Of a stretch of DNA of 64,000 nt, positions 48,297-60,280 are shown piece by piece (position 1 is the stretch's first letter; the number at the start of each line of letters is the position of its first letter). Source of the DNA: Heteronotia binoei (taxonomy: Eukaryota); the NCBI RefSeq assembly GCF_032191835.1, contig NC_083223.1, forward strand, positions 82,956,001 through 83,020,000, written 5' to 3'. The notes under the pieces were generated by a model. It did not search any database. It worked only from the letters and a program-made list of their open reading frames with translations, and had not been told where the DNA came from. The position numbers and the translations under genes were made by a program.

Positions 48297-51200
48297 ATAG
48301 ATTATATAATCCTGGAAAAGAATAATAATATGTCTATAAGAGAAATTCTAACCTTCCCAATCTGGATATCTGACCATGCTCCTTTAAGTATTGAGCTGGA
48401 GTTAAATTTACCAATAACAAATAGACCCTGGAGATATAATAATTTAATAATGGCAAAAGAAGAGGATAGAAACTTTATGAAAACACAGATAAATCTATAT
48501 TTTAAGGAAAATAGAGGAACGGTTCCCACTAATATATTATGGGATGCTGCCAAAGCGGTAATAAGGGGGCACTGTATAAAGAGCGAAAAGAGGATGAAAA
48601 GAGAATGGTACAAAAAAAGACAAGCCAAATTTCAGGAATTGGAGAAGTTACAAAAGGAACAAACAATAAAATATTGCCCTGCAAAACAGAACAAAATAAA
48701 AGAGATCCAAAAACAGCTGGAGGCACTAGACATGGCTACAATATGGAAAAAGGAAACTATGGTAAGGAATGATTTTCAGAGGAATAGTATTAATACAGCT
48801 AAAAGATTGGCGAATTATTTGAAGATTAAAAAAGCAAAACAGAAGGTTAGAAGTATAAAAATTAACAAAAACTCAACACAAAGCCCTAAGGAAATTATTA
48901 GGCCTTTGAGAACTTTTATAAAAATTTGTATAAGGAAAAGCCAATAAAGGAGTTCCAGGAGTCAATTAGTCTTTCTTTGGAGAAAGAGAGGATCGAAGCA
49001 TTAGAAGGCGATATTTCAGTCCAGGAAATAAAGGATGTAATAAAAGGTTTTAAAAAAGGCAAATCACCAGGGCTAGATGGCTTTACAGGTGAATTCTATA
49101 AAGAAATGATTGAAATTATTGCACCTGAAATGCAAGCAGTTTTCAATGAAGTGTGGGGAGGAAAGAATGCCCCAGATACGTGGAGAGAATCAGAAATAAT
49201 ATTAATTCTAAAACCTCAAAAGGACCCGGAAGAGGTAGGTTCATACAGACCAATAAGCCTATTAAAACAGGACTATAAGATTTTTGCAAAAATATTGGCT
49301 AATAGACTTCAGAAGGTCATTTCAACAATCATTAAAGGGGACCAATATGGGTTTATTAAGGGTAGAAACATCACAGACCCCATTAGAAATATACTCAATG
49401 TCCTATATCATGGTCAGAAGGAAAAAATAGGGTTACTAAAACTGGACATTTATAAAGCTTTTGATACTCTATCTCATGAATTTTTATGGCAAATATTGGG
49501 GAAAATTGGGATAGGGAAAAGGTTCTTACAGGCATTTCAGGAGATCTTTAAAGGAGGAAATGCGAAAGTAAGAGTAAATAATAACCATACACAAGCATTT
49601 CCTATACAAGGAGGAGTAAGACAGGGTTGTCCTCTATCTCCTCTCTTATTTATAATAGCAATGGAACAACTAGTGGAACGGATTAAAAATTCAGGTAGAA
49701 TTGAGGGCTATAAGATAGGTAATGAAGAGATGAAGCTTAACCTTTTTGCAGATGATATTATTGTAATTATGACTAACCCTAAAGAGGGTGTTAAAGAGAT
49801 TAAGATTATCCTAGAAGACTTTGAAAAGTGTTCAGGGCTAGGGGTCAATTTGGCAAAATCAGAAATTATTTATTTTAATGTTAACAGAAAAGAAAGGCAT
49901 GAGATAAATAGGTCTACAGAAATAGGATTGGGGGTTAAGAAATTTAAATATTTAGGTATAGTTCTGCATAAAAATATTGATAAAATGATAAAGAAAAACT
50001 ATGATAAAATATGGGAAAAAATTGAGAGAGACATGAAAAGATGGAAAAATAAAACGTTAGGGTTATCTTCTAGAATAAGAAGCGCTAAAATGTTTGGATA
50101 CCAAAGTTAACATACCTGTTTCAAACGTTGCCTCTGGGAACAAGGAAAAATAAAATTGAACAATGGAATACAGCATTAAGAGAATGGATATTCAATAGTA
50201 AAAACTGCAGATTCCATAAGCGAATAATATATAATTATAAATCAGAATTTGGATGGGGAATTCCGGACCTAAATATTTATTACGAAGCCTTCCAACTAAA
50301 ACCATTATTAGAAATAGGTGAGGAAAAGTCTCAGAAGTGGGTCAACTTTGAGAATGAAATAAATAATAATACAGGTAGATCAGGCATTTTTTCTAAAGTT
50401 ACGAACAAAGACTTACAATTAACAATAGGACCCAGAAGAGCTTCATTAGAGGTTTGGAAGAAATGGCAGCCGCATTGGTTAGGAAGAGTTTCTAGATGGG
50501 CACCCCTGGAAACTGTCAATGAGGAAGTGCAAGAAACTAATTGGTGGGAAAGGTTAAATCTCAAAGGTTATTGCAGAGTGGAAAACATGTTTCGAAGTGG
50601 AAATCTTAAACCCTTACAGGAAATAACAGAAGAAATAGGAAAACAATATTGGTTAAAAGTAGCTGGGCTATATAAGACAGTAAAAAAGATTAGAGAAACT
50701 GAAGATTTTTGGATAGACATGCCAATGGAAGTACTATACAAAGAAATGGCAAAGCAGAAAAAGGGTTTGGTAGGGAAGATATATAGAATGATGACAGAAA
50801 ACAAGGAAAAAATAGTAGAGTATTTACAGAGGAGATGGAGCCAGGAGGGCTGGATGTCAGAGAGGACGGTGGAAAAAATTAAGAAAGGAATAAAAGAAAT
50901 CAAAGTAACTAAATTTAAAGAACCTGAATATAAATTTCTTACAAAATGGTATAAGACCCCAGCACAATTAGCTAATATGATTCCAGGATTGAGTCCGCTA
51001 TGCTGGCATTGTAAACTTTCTAAAGGTTGTTATGCTCATATGTGGTGGGAATGCCCAGTAGTAAAGACCTTTTGGAACAAAATTATCAAAATAATCAGAA
51101 AAGTATGCAATATAACATTAACCATAGAGTTTAATCTTATGTTGGTAAGCACAATAGGTGGCCTGATAATAGACAGGAGTATGCAAAATTTAGTCAAGGC

Positions 51201-51631
51201 TATGGTATTGGCGGGTAAGGCGGCCATCGCTTTGGGTTGGAAGGACAAAAGTAAATGGACAGTAGAAATCTGGCACAATTATTTGTTTGAATTTATACAG
51301 TCAGACATCATGGCGGTATTTAACAAGGAGACAACATGGGATGTGAAAACCAAGGAAATTATAACCAGATGGAAGACCTACCTAGAATGGACAGCAATAG
51401 AAGGAAGGATGGACATTCAGTGGAAGACTAAGACTTTGTGCTCATGGCTGGGGGGAAGAGACTAGGAGTAAAGGGGGGGGAGGAAGGGTGTGTTGGAAAT
51501 ACAAATATTTGTTGTAATAGACTAAATAGCATAACAAATAAAGACTATTTATAAAAAAAAAAAGTAAAGTTACACCAGAACATTAAAAGTTCTGTTTAAG
51601 ATCAACTTTTTCAACAATTTCTAGCTGTCCT

Positions 51632-54607
51632 TTGGAAAAAGAACCTTTCAGAGTGCTCCTGGGGAGGGGAAGATATGACGGTGGGAATAGACAGAAATAT
51701 AATGGAAGGAGACAGAGACAAAATAGTGCTCGGACACCTTCCAGTCTACTTCCCATCCCAACGGTGGCAGGTAGTGGGCCTAAGAGGAAATGCTCGCCTC
51801 TGTCATTGGTGTTATGTAACACCAGGTCCATAAATAATAAGACCGCGACCCTTAAGGAGTTCCTGCTACGGCAGAACGTGGACCTGGCTTGCGTGACCGA
51901 GACCTGGGTGAGGGACGGGGAGACAGTAGCTCTCTCCCAGATGTCCCCCCCGGGATACTCGGTCTTTCACCAATCACGGATTAGCGGGCGGGGGGGAGGA
52001 GTGGCGCTACTCATACGGGAGGATTACTCCTTTCGGGCTCTCCCAGACCCAAAGATCGATGGAGTTGAATGCGCCAGTCTGGCGTGGGATGTTGGAGAGG
52101 GGTTGGCAGTTTGGCTGGTGTACCGTCCGCCTAACGCACCAGCTAACGCCTTACCATCACTATTGGAGGCAGTGGCGGGCTGGGCGTTGGAGTACCCGAG
52201 GCTAATGGTCCTGGGTGACTTCAACGTCCATGCTGACGACACGGCCTCCACTCAGGCGATGGACCTAGTGTCGTCCATGGCGATACTGGGACTCTCTCAA
52301 TTTGTCACGACTCCCACGCATCAGGCCGGGCACACATTAGACCTGATCTTTGCGTCCGGGATCGCGGTGAACGATATCGCCGTAGAAGTGGTTCCATGGT
52401 CGGATCACCTAGCCCTTAAGGCCCGTATGGGGGCGCCGCCCCAACCCTGTATGGGCGGAGAGCCTATTTTGGCTCACCCTCGGGGCCTGATGGACCCGGA
52501 ACGGTTCCAAACGGCCCTGAGGGATCCCTGGCCCACTGGCAATTCCCTCGATGACCTGGTGGAAATCTGGCAGGGCCAGCTATCCAGGGCTATCGACGAA
52601 ATTGCACCCCGGCGTACTCTGTGCCCTTGTATGAAGCTGGCTCCATGGTATACCTTGGAGCTGCGCCAGCTGAAACAAGGGCTCAGACGACTAGAGAGGC
52701 AGTGGAGGCATACTCGGGACGAAGCGACGAGAACATCCTATAGAACGTTTATGAAGTCTTATGAGATGGCAGTCAAGGCTGCAAAGAAAGATTACTTTGC
52801 AACCAAGATTGCATCTGCAAATTCGCGCCCAGCACAATTATTTAGAATAATTGGGGATCTTATAACATTGCCACAAGGCAAACCAAACGTTAGAGAATTA
52901 GAAATTGGCTGTGAGGCATTTGCGAAATACTTTGCAGATAAAATCTCGTTACTCCGCCAAGACCTGCCTACCACATTGGATACAGTGAGTGAAACTGAGG
53001 CTCCATGCCTGTCTTCGGGTTCAGTGCTGGATCACTTCAACCCACTCATCCTGGAGGAAGTCGACAGAATCCTCTCCGCTGCTCGCCCGACAACATGTGA
53101 TCTGGACCCTTGCCCCTCTTGGCTGATTAAATCTTGCCAGAGGGAGCTTAGATGTCCTTTACGGGACATCATAAATAGATCCCTCTTAGAGGGGCATTTT
53201 CCAACACCTCTGAAAGAGGCTTTGGTCCGCCCTCTCTTGAAAAAAGCTACAGCAGACCCGGCCGAATTGGCGAACTATCGTCCGGTGTCTAATTTACCGT
53301 TTTTAGGTAAAATTATTGAGAGGGCTGTGGCGTTGCAGCTACAGAGATTTCTGGATGACACTTCCGTCCTAGACCCTTACCAGTCTGGCTTCCGGCCGGG
53401 CCATGGGACGGAGACGGTGTTGGTCGCCTTGATGGATGACCTCCAGCGGCAACTCGATCGAGGCGGCGTTGCGGTGCTGATGCTGTTAGACCTGTCGGCG
53501 GCATTCGACACAGTCGACCATCAGCTACTGACGCGCCGCCTCGCCGACATTGGGGTTGGGGGGTTGGCCTTACAATGGCTTTCCTCCTTTCTCCTGGGTC
53601 GGGGACAGAGGGTGGCCATCGGGGGTGAGCGGTCCCGGAGACACACACTGGATTGTGGGGTGCCTCAGGGAGCAGTTCTCTCCCCGATGTTGTTCAACAT
53701 CTATATGCGCCCCCTTGCCCAGATTGCCCGGCGGTTTGGGCTGGGTTGCCATCAATATGCAGATGACACCCAGCTCTATCTGTTAATGGACAGCCGGCCC
53801 GACTCCGCCCCAGGGAACCTCGACCGGGCTTTACAGGCTGTTGCAACATGGCTTAGGCTGAGTGGGCTGAAGTTGAACCCAGCGAAGACAGAGGTCCTTT
53901 GTGTGGGTCGTGGCGCTCTGGGAGGGGGAATAGCTCTCCCGGCCTTCGACGGTGCGCCATTGAAAGCAGCGCACCAGGTAAAGAGCCTGGGTGTTCTACT
54001 GGAGCCTTCATTATCCATGGAGGCCCAGATAGCGGCCACTGCCAAGTCAGCATTCTTCCATCTGAAGCGGGCAAGGCAGTTGGCCCCTTTCCTTGAGCGC
54101 CGGGACCTCGCAACAGTGATCCATGCAACGGTCACCTCAAGATTGGACTACTGTAATGCCCTCTACTTGGGGCTACCTTTGTGCCGGACCCGAAAGCTGC
54201 AGCTAGTGCAGAACGCGGCGGCCAGGCTGTTGTTGGGACTCCCGAAATGGGAACATATACGGCCGGGGCTACGTGGACTGCACTGGCTGCCGATTATATA
54301 CCGGGTCCAGTACAAAGTGTTGGTCATTACCTTTAAAGCCTTATATGGCCGAGGACCCGCCTACCTGAGGGACCGTCTTTCCCCATATGAACCCCAGAGA
54401 GCACTGAGGTCAGCCGGGAAAAATCTAATGGCTATCCCTGGGCCGAAAGAGATTAAACATCAAAATAACAGAGCACGGGCCTTTTCAACAGCGGCCCCTG
54501 CCCTATGGAACCAACTCCCTGAGGAGGTGCGGGCCCTGCGGAACCTTGACCAGTTCCGCAGGGCCTGCAAGACCACCCTTTTTACACTTGCTTACTCAGA
54601 CTGCTAA
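51632..54607 (+). CDS. L2 ORF2 (APE endonuclease + RT), uninterrupted 991-codon frame without a native ATG
   Basis: Motifs LCNTRS, VTETW, YRPP, GDFN, SDH, YRPVSNL, QSGFR, LDLSAAFDTV, GVPQG, YADDTQLY, SRLDYCN. The track start TTG lies in the probable flank. Confidence 0.85.
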   Translation: MEKEPFRVLLGRGRYDGGNRQKYNGRRQRQNSARTPSSLLPIPTVAGSGPKRKCSPLSLVLCNTRSINNKTATLKEFLLRQNVDLACVTETWVRDGETVALSQMSPPGYSVFHQSRISGRGGGVALLIREDYSFRALPDPKIDGVECASLAWDVGEGLAVWLVYRPPNAPANALPSLLEAVAGWALEYPRLMVLGDFNVHADDTASTQAMDLVSSMAILGLSQFVTTPTHQAGHTLDLIFASGIAVNDIAVEVVPWSDHLALKARMGAPPQPCMGGEPILAHPRGLMDPERFQTALRDPWPTGNSLDDLVEIWQGQLSRAIDEIAPRRTLCPCMKLAPWYTLELRQLKQGLRRLERQWRHTRDEATRTSYRTFMKSYEMAVKAAKKDYFATKIASANSRPAQLFRIIGDLITLPQGKPNVRELEIGCEAFAKYFADKISLLRQDLPTTLDTVSETEAPCLSSGSVLDHFNPLILEEVDRILSAARPTTCDLDPCPSWLIKSCQRELRCPLRDIINRSLLEGHFPTPLKEALVRPLLKKATADPAELANYRPVSNLPFLGKIIERAVALQLQRFLDDTSVLDPYQSGFRPGHGTETVLVALMDDLQRQLDRGGVAVLMLLDLSAAFDTVDHQLLTRRLADIGVGGLALQWLSSFLLGRGQRVAIGGERSRRHTLDCGVPQGAVLSPMLFNIYMRPLAQIARRFGLGCHQYADDTQLYLLMDSRPDSAPGNLDRALQAVATWLRLSGLKLNPAKTEVLCVGRGALGGGIALPAFDGAPLKAAHQVKSLGVLLEPSLSMEAQIAATAKSAFFHLKRARQLAPFLERRDLATVIHATVTSRLDYCNALYLGLPLCRTRKLQLVQNAAARLLLGLPKWEHIRPGLRGLHWLPIIYRVQYKVLVITFKALYGRGPAYLRDRLSPYEPQRALRSAGKNLMAIPGPKEIKHQNNRARAFSTAAPALWNQLPEEVRALRNLDQFRRACKTTLFTLAYSDC

Positions 54608-54890
54608 AGAAGGCTGTTAATAAGGATCCACCAATGCGGCTTAAAGACCTAGACCGCTGTGTATAAACTGGCAGAACTAGCGTCCAACATCACCAGCACT
54701 GTCAGACTAAACTATCTAATTGTATTAACTGGTTTTTAATGTGTTAAATAATGTTTTATATTGTTTTATATTGTTAAATTTAAAGGTTTTATTATTACTG
54801 TATGTTATTAAGAAATGTTGTTAGCCGCCCTGAGCCTATCGAGGCGGGGAGGGCGGGATACAAATAAAATTTATTATTATATTATATTAT
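51644..54890 (+). mobile_element. L2-clade LINE, 5'-truncated, (TAT)n tail
   Basis: EN-RT ORF, 3' end GTTAGCCGCCCTGAGCC...GGGCGGGATACAAATAAA(TAT)n, and a candidate TSD AAAAAGAA at 51636-51643 / 54891-54898. Confidence 0.88.
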
Positions 54891-56578
54891 AAAAAGAAAT
54901 AGACAGCGGCAAAGTTTGTGGTATTATTTACTAGTTCTGCATTGGTAGACTAGAAAAACGTTGGTTCCATGACATGTTAAATATCTGTCAATGCACAAAT
55001 TATGCAATCATAGCTTATAAGAATACAGAAAAACCATTTTCTGATAACAGAAATATCTCCTCTCAGTAGCATAACAAATATGCCACCAGAAAATTAAAGC
55101 TAGAAATATGATAAACACGAAATCCGCTGAAACAGTTCTAAAAGCAATTATATTAGAAAAGAATACTGCAGTTCAGACATGGTTAATTCACCATGAAGAA
55201 AGTCCAAACAAATCTAAATGGAAAATCTACAACAACCAAATCTAAATGAGCTACGAAGAGCCCACAAACCTAAACTACTCCTTTCCACGCAACTTGAGTC
55301 TATAGCACATCAAAGATCAATTTCCCATTTTCTCCTTAAAGGGAAGGGGATAAGCAGTTCCTATCAGTTTGCTTCCAAATTAACAGACAAAACTGGCAGT
55401 CCCTGAGTAGTCACTAAGCATTTTTTTTTCTCAATCCAGAATCACATGATTTGTAGCCAAGAATGCCATGAAAAAGAAAGCAGTGACCACCACATCGGTA
55501 ACAATTAGGAGTTTTATGTGTTTTAACTAAAGTAGGAAAAAGGGATCAGGGAACATAAAGAAGCTGCTCCTTGAGGGGCATAATCTAAGCACAGTTTACC
55601 TTGCTGCAGAAAACTACTCTAGAAAACCTCTGAAAACCTCGAGCTTTTCATCAAGTAAGGAAAGTACAAATAATTTTTCCTAAAACAGAAAATACAATCC
55701 TAATATCTCCTGGAAAGAACTTCATAGTTAAGTGGCTCTCATTCTCAATCCACATCATGTCCCTTGTTTATGATGCCACAAACAAATCCCATGTCCTCTA
55801 ATCCTATACTCAAAATGCATACAAGTTGTCATAAGAGTATGACTGCACATCCAGAACAGATTCAACTAGCTGACAAAATCACACCCCATTCACCTCCTAA
55901 AGATCCTTGAAAAAGCCAGGCACCCAATGAACACCAACAGCTGCTTCCTCCAGTCCACTGCCATGGTTTTATGCTAACCATATCTGGACAAAAATCCCAT
56001 TCCCTAGAGATGCCAACATTAAGCACCCAAGCCAGAGTCAATAAGGACCAGTTCTTTTAGCTGGAGAGCAGAAGCCAACTTTGGAGACTTTACAATGGTG
56101 AAGGGAAAGGTCAAAACAGATTTCCCCTCCCCTTTAAGACTGCCAGTAGTAGTAAAGCAAGCTACAGGTTCTTTTCATAGCAAAAACCATGTAGAGTATA
56201 AAAAGGTTAAATACCCTTTCCCATTTCTGGATGGGTTTGAACAGAAACACAACTGCACACATGCACAATTTACCTTTAACAGAGATCCCTGATCAATATC
56301 ATAGTCATCATTCATTGAAATCAGTTGTTTACTATTTTGGTTATAATACAATTCATCTAGTATTGTTCAGCAGTCCTACTTTGTCATGTTCACTGGGTTA
56401 GGGGGAAATCACCAAACACAACCAGACCTACGCCAGCTTGTGGAAGAAAATAATTAGCATTCCTATAAACTGTACGATAAGACAGTAGGGCACTTTAAGC
56501 TGAAAATCTTAGTTTAACTGTCCTACAACTGCATCTACCCGACATAACACCACCATATTTTTAATGGAGTAATATTAC

Positions 56579-56654
56579 CTCCAGTCCAACTTTTCAACCA
56601 GAAAGGCACAGATAAGAAAACCAGTACGATTAAAACCATGCGTACAGTGGACAC
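56579..56654 (-). CDS. RNGTT: RNGTT coding exon (human exon 5 equivalent), RNA triphosphatase P-loop
   Basis: Minus strand reads ttttctAG|GT GTC CAC TGT ACG CAT GGT TTT AAT CGT ACT GGT...GAC TGG AG|GTaata = (G)[24 protein letters not shown](S). This is the HCxxGxxRT cysteine-phosphatase motif of the capping enzyme; 76 bp. Confidence 0.96.
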
Positions 56655-59600
56655 CTAGAAAACAAAACCAAAATTAAATTGAAGTTAGAGGTTCTTTAAA
56701 ACTATCAATGCTTTTGTCTGTTAACATCCAGCTCTCAAACAGTGGTAGGACATCCTCAACTACTGGAAGTTTCATATACCCACCCAGACTCTCCATCATA
56801 TTTGGATCAAGAGCCCTGTGCTGGAAGAAGTCAGAGGAAGAAATGGATTGGGTAACTGTCCCCTTGACTAATCAAGCTCCTCATTTCCTTACCAGAGGGA
56901 GAAAATAAACCTATTAACATTGACAACAAGTTGCCTCAAGAAGGAGTGCGTCTAGCATCCCTTACTGCCCCTCACTGAGAACTAATAATTGAGAAGATTG
57001 TGGTCTCTCCAGCAGCTAAAGAGAGAAAGAGAAGCAACGAGGAACTCTGCTCTCATCTAGTATAAGGCATGTGCCTAGGTTTCTCAATGACCCAGCCAAC
57101 TCTAACCCTCCATCCAGCCTGTTATACCCACCCAATTACCACCACAAGTAACCCTGGAGAGGCTACTATCCAGCTATATCTCTTACGGCCCCTCATCTCT
57201 CTCTTTCTTCCAATCTTACCACACATGAACAGCCACAGAAGTTGCATGATCTGCAACTGCTATGTTATGAGGAGAAAACTGGAGGCTAAATGCAAGGTTC
57301 CCTGTTGGCAGTTTTTGACAGAATCATTTTCAAACACAGCAATGATGCACAGAATTGTTTGCAGGGGGGGGGATGACAGCAGGGAAGAATGTTTTGCACA
57401 TCAGGAACATCTGCCAGTTTCTCATAGTCCTTTTAATTGTTTCTATCAAAGATTCCCATTCTAATATGTACATTCTCTAACAAAAATCTCATTGGCTAAT
57501 ATCAGTAACTTTACATCAATTACTAGTTAACAGATACATTAATACCATCGATGTACAGTAAACATTTGTAAGAAAAGGCTAGAAATAATTTAATGATTAA
57601 AAGAATGTCATTTATATTTCCAAGTTTTATCTTGCAATCAAATGCATGGAAAGACAGGTCATTTGAAGTTCCTCAACATAGCAAATAACTTGTTTTTATA
57701 CTACTTTGTTTTTCTTTAAATGGACTTACTGATCAACAACTGCTTTAAGACAATTCTGAAAGTACAGATTTAAAGAATGCTTTCTGAAGTATAAAGGAAA
57801 AAACCCTGAAACAGCTGAACAGCCTTATTCCTGGAGTAATGGCTCCATCTAGTGGCTAAAAAAAACCCCAGAAAAGATTATTCTTGAAAACCATATAGCA
57901 GTACCAGCAACTATATATTACTCACTTTTCTCTAAAAGTATAAAGTGCAATTGCCAAATAGAAATGTTTTCTTAAGCAGTAATTATTCTAGAAAACAATT
58001 AGCAAAAGCAAGTGGTTTTGCTCAAACCTGCTGTCAAATTTGTCCACAGGTCTTTCAAGTTTTATTTCTATTATATTTGCTTCACTTTGCTCAAGAAACA
58101 TTTGGCTTGACATTCAGATGCAGCTTCACATACTGGACTGCATTCAGAGGTTTCATTCTGCTAACAATGGAAAAGAACCTTCCCCAACTCATGTAAATGC
58201 ATTATCCAAACTCATCCCCCTCCACACATACACCACAACCTCTACAAGTAAATACATTTCTCTACAAAAGCAAGGATAAAAAAACTACAATGTACAGTTT
58301 TGGAATGATCTTATCTTTAAAGCAAATAGAACATAAGCAAATTGGTATTTACAATTATCTTGGACTTATTCAAAAAGCCTACATCTACACAGAGAAACAC
58401 TGTTTTCTGTTTAGCAATCTCTGACTAAAACCTACAAAAAACAAAGCTGAAAATATGCTAGTATTTGAAAGGAGAAAAATATTCTTAACAAAAGCAAGAT
58501 GAAATTCAATTAAATACCAACCAGCAAACCTCAAAAGCATGTCTTGATTTATGCAGTATCAAACACGTAAGTGAATTAGTGTTTTTCTTGTAGCAAATCA
58601 AGAAAAGTTAATGACCCAAAACAGCAATGATGCTCAAAACAATGAACTGTGTGAGAATATTATAAAACTACCTAAAACCAGTTCAGACTGCTGAATGCAT
58701 ACAGTACCATTTAATAAAGGCATTATTGTGTGGTCACTAAAAGCAGATCCCCATTAAATACTCCTATAAGCTGTTTTTCTGCAATGCTAACATGATATTC
58801 CAGTGCACACATAATCAATACAAACACAAGAAGTTTGCTCCAAGAGCACAGTCACACTGCTGTTCACCAGTTCTTTAAAAAGACATTCTAAATCTCTGTA
58901 CCCACAGAAGAGTCTAGCAACTGGGGAGCGCACACCTTCTAGAAAAACCAGTTCAAAACATTAAAACAACCTGCAACTGGAAGCTGTGACACACATCAAT
59001 GCAACACTGGTGGAACCGTGCTCTATAATGCTGTCAAGTGCCAGGTCTTCATTATCCCAGGCAAAAATATATAGTGTTGGTCAGAAATTGATACATCCCT
59101 TTAAAAAGAGAATAGCAACTCGAGCTGTTTTTTTTAAACTAATATTTTTAAAAAACTTGCTCACACAGGAATGCCCTAAATGATCTGATTCCTTCCCTCT
59201 CAGGAAAGGTATTTCCATCAAACCAAGCACAGATTAATCCACACACTCAAGCTATCCAATAAGCCACTTGTCTGCTATGGGGGGGGGGGGGGGGCAGGAC
59301 AACATCTCCATCAAGCAAGCACTTTAACAAATGGCTCTCATCACATTAAGGGAGCAACATTTCTTTAGCTCAGAGCCCGCTATGAAGTCTCCATACGCCA
59401 TTCCTTGGCACTATACACACAATGGGTTAAATTCAGTAAATCATCAGCACAAGGCACTCGTGGATGAGGATTTTTCCCTCATTCTGCTCTCCCCTACAGC
59501 CCCTTCCAACATCAGGAAAGTTGACTCTCAGGGTCATGGGACCACATAAGGGAACTACAGTGAGGAAGGAAAAGGAGTAAAATCAGTGGAGCTGCATTTG

Positions 59601-59924
59601 TAAGAGGAAAAGATTTCACCCCCTAAACCTTCCTCAATGCAACCCCCAACCCACACAGTTATTAATTCATGGGGATCCCACAGACTCAGCAATCACCCTT
59701 CCCAGAAGATGAAGCAACTGCTGGCAGCAGGGAAGGTTCTCAGAAATCATCTACACTCAGAGATCAATGAATCAAACTCAGAAGATGGAGAGGCAAAAAA
59801 CCCCCAAAAACAGTTTTCCAGTAACCAGACAAGACTAACGAATTAACCAGACAAGACTAATGAATTAACTTTGTTGGTGGATATATTTTATGTCCTAGCT
59901 ACTTTTAATTTATTATCATCATCT

Positions 59925-60280
59925 TAGAGTTGGAAGGGACCTCCAGGGTCATCTAGTCCAACACCCTGTATAATGCAGGAAACTCACAAAAGCCTCCCCC
60001 CCCCACACCCCAGTGACATCTGCTCCATGCCCAGAAGATGACCCCCCCAAAAAACAACCTCCATGATCCCTTGCCAAACTGGCCTGGAGAAAAATTGCTG
60101 CCTGACCCCAAAGTGGTGAACAGCATTCCCTGGGCATGTAAGAAAGGGCCATGAGCACCGGTCCACTAAGCACCGATGCAACCCATCTTGCCCTCCTCCT
60201 CATGATCTGTCTAAGTTCACAGAATTGGCATTGCTGTCAAATGGCCATGTAGCCTCTGTTCAAAAACCTCCAAAGAAGAA
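59925..60280 (-). mobile_element. CR1 3' end fragment
   Basis: TTAGAGTTGGAAGGGACCTCCAGGGTCATCTAGTCCAAC...GGCCATGTAGCCTCTGTTCAAAAACCTCC is the reverse complement of a CR1 terminus. Confidence 0.6.

Larger units (their letters stand above)
47292..51465 (+). pseudogene. L1 ORF2 (APE endonuclease, RT, C-terminal CCHC), disabled
   Basis: Motifs LSLNVNG, CLQETH, NIYAPN, AGDFN, SDH, SPGLDG, YRPISLL, GVRQGCPLSP, FADD, CWHC...HMWWEC. Lesions: a TGA at ~47377, a SINE insertion at 47848-48296, and frameshifts near 48930 and 50105. Confidence 0.9.
45997..51559 (+). mobile_element. Full-length L1/Tx1-clade LINE with poly(A) tail and 16-bp TSD
   Basis: AAAAAGTAAAGTTACA at 45981-45996 and 51560-51575. Order is 5'UTR, ORF1, ORF2, G-rich 3'UTR, AATAAA and A-tail. 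Confidence 0.93.
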
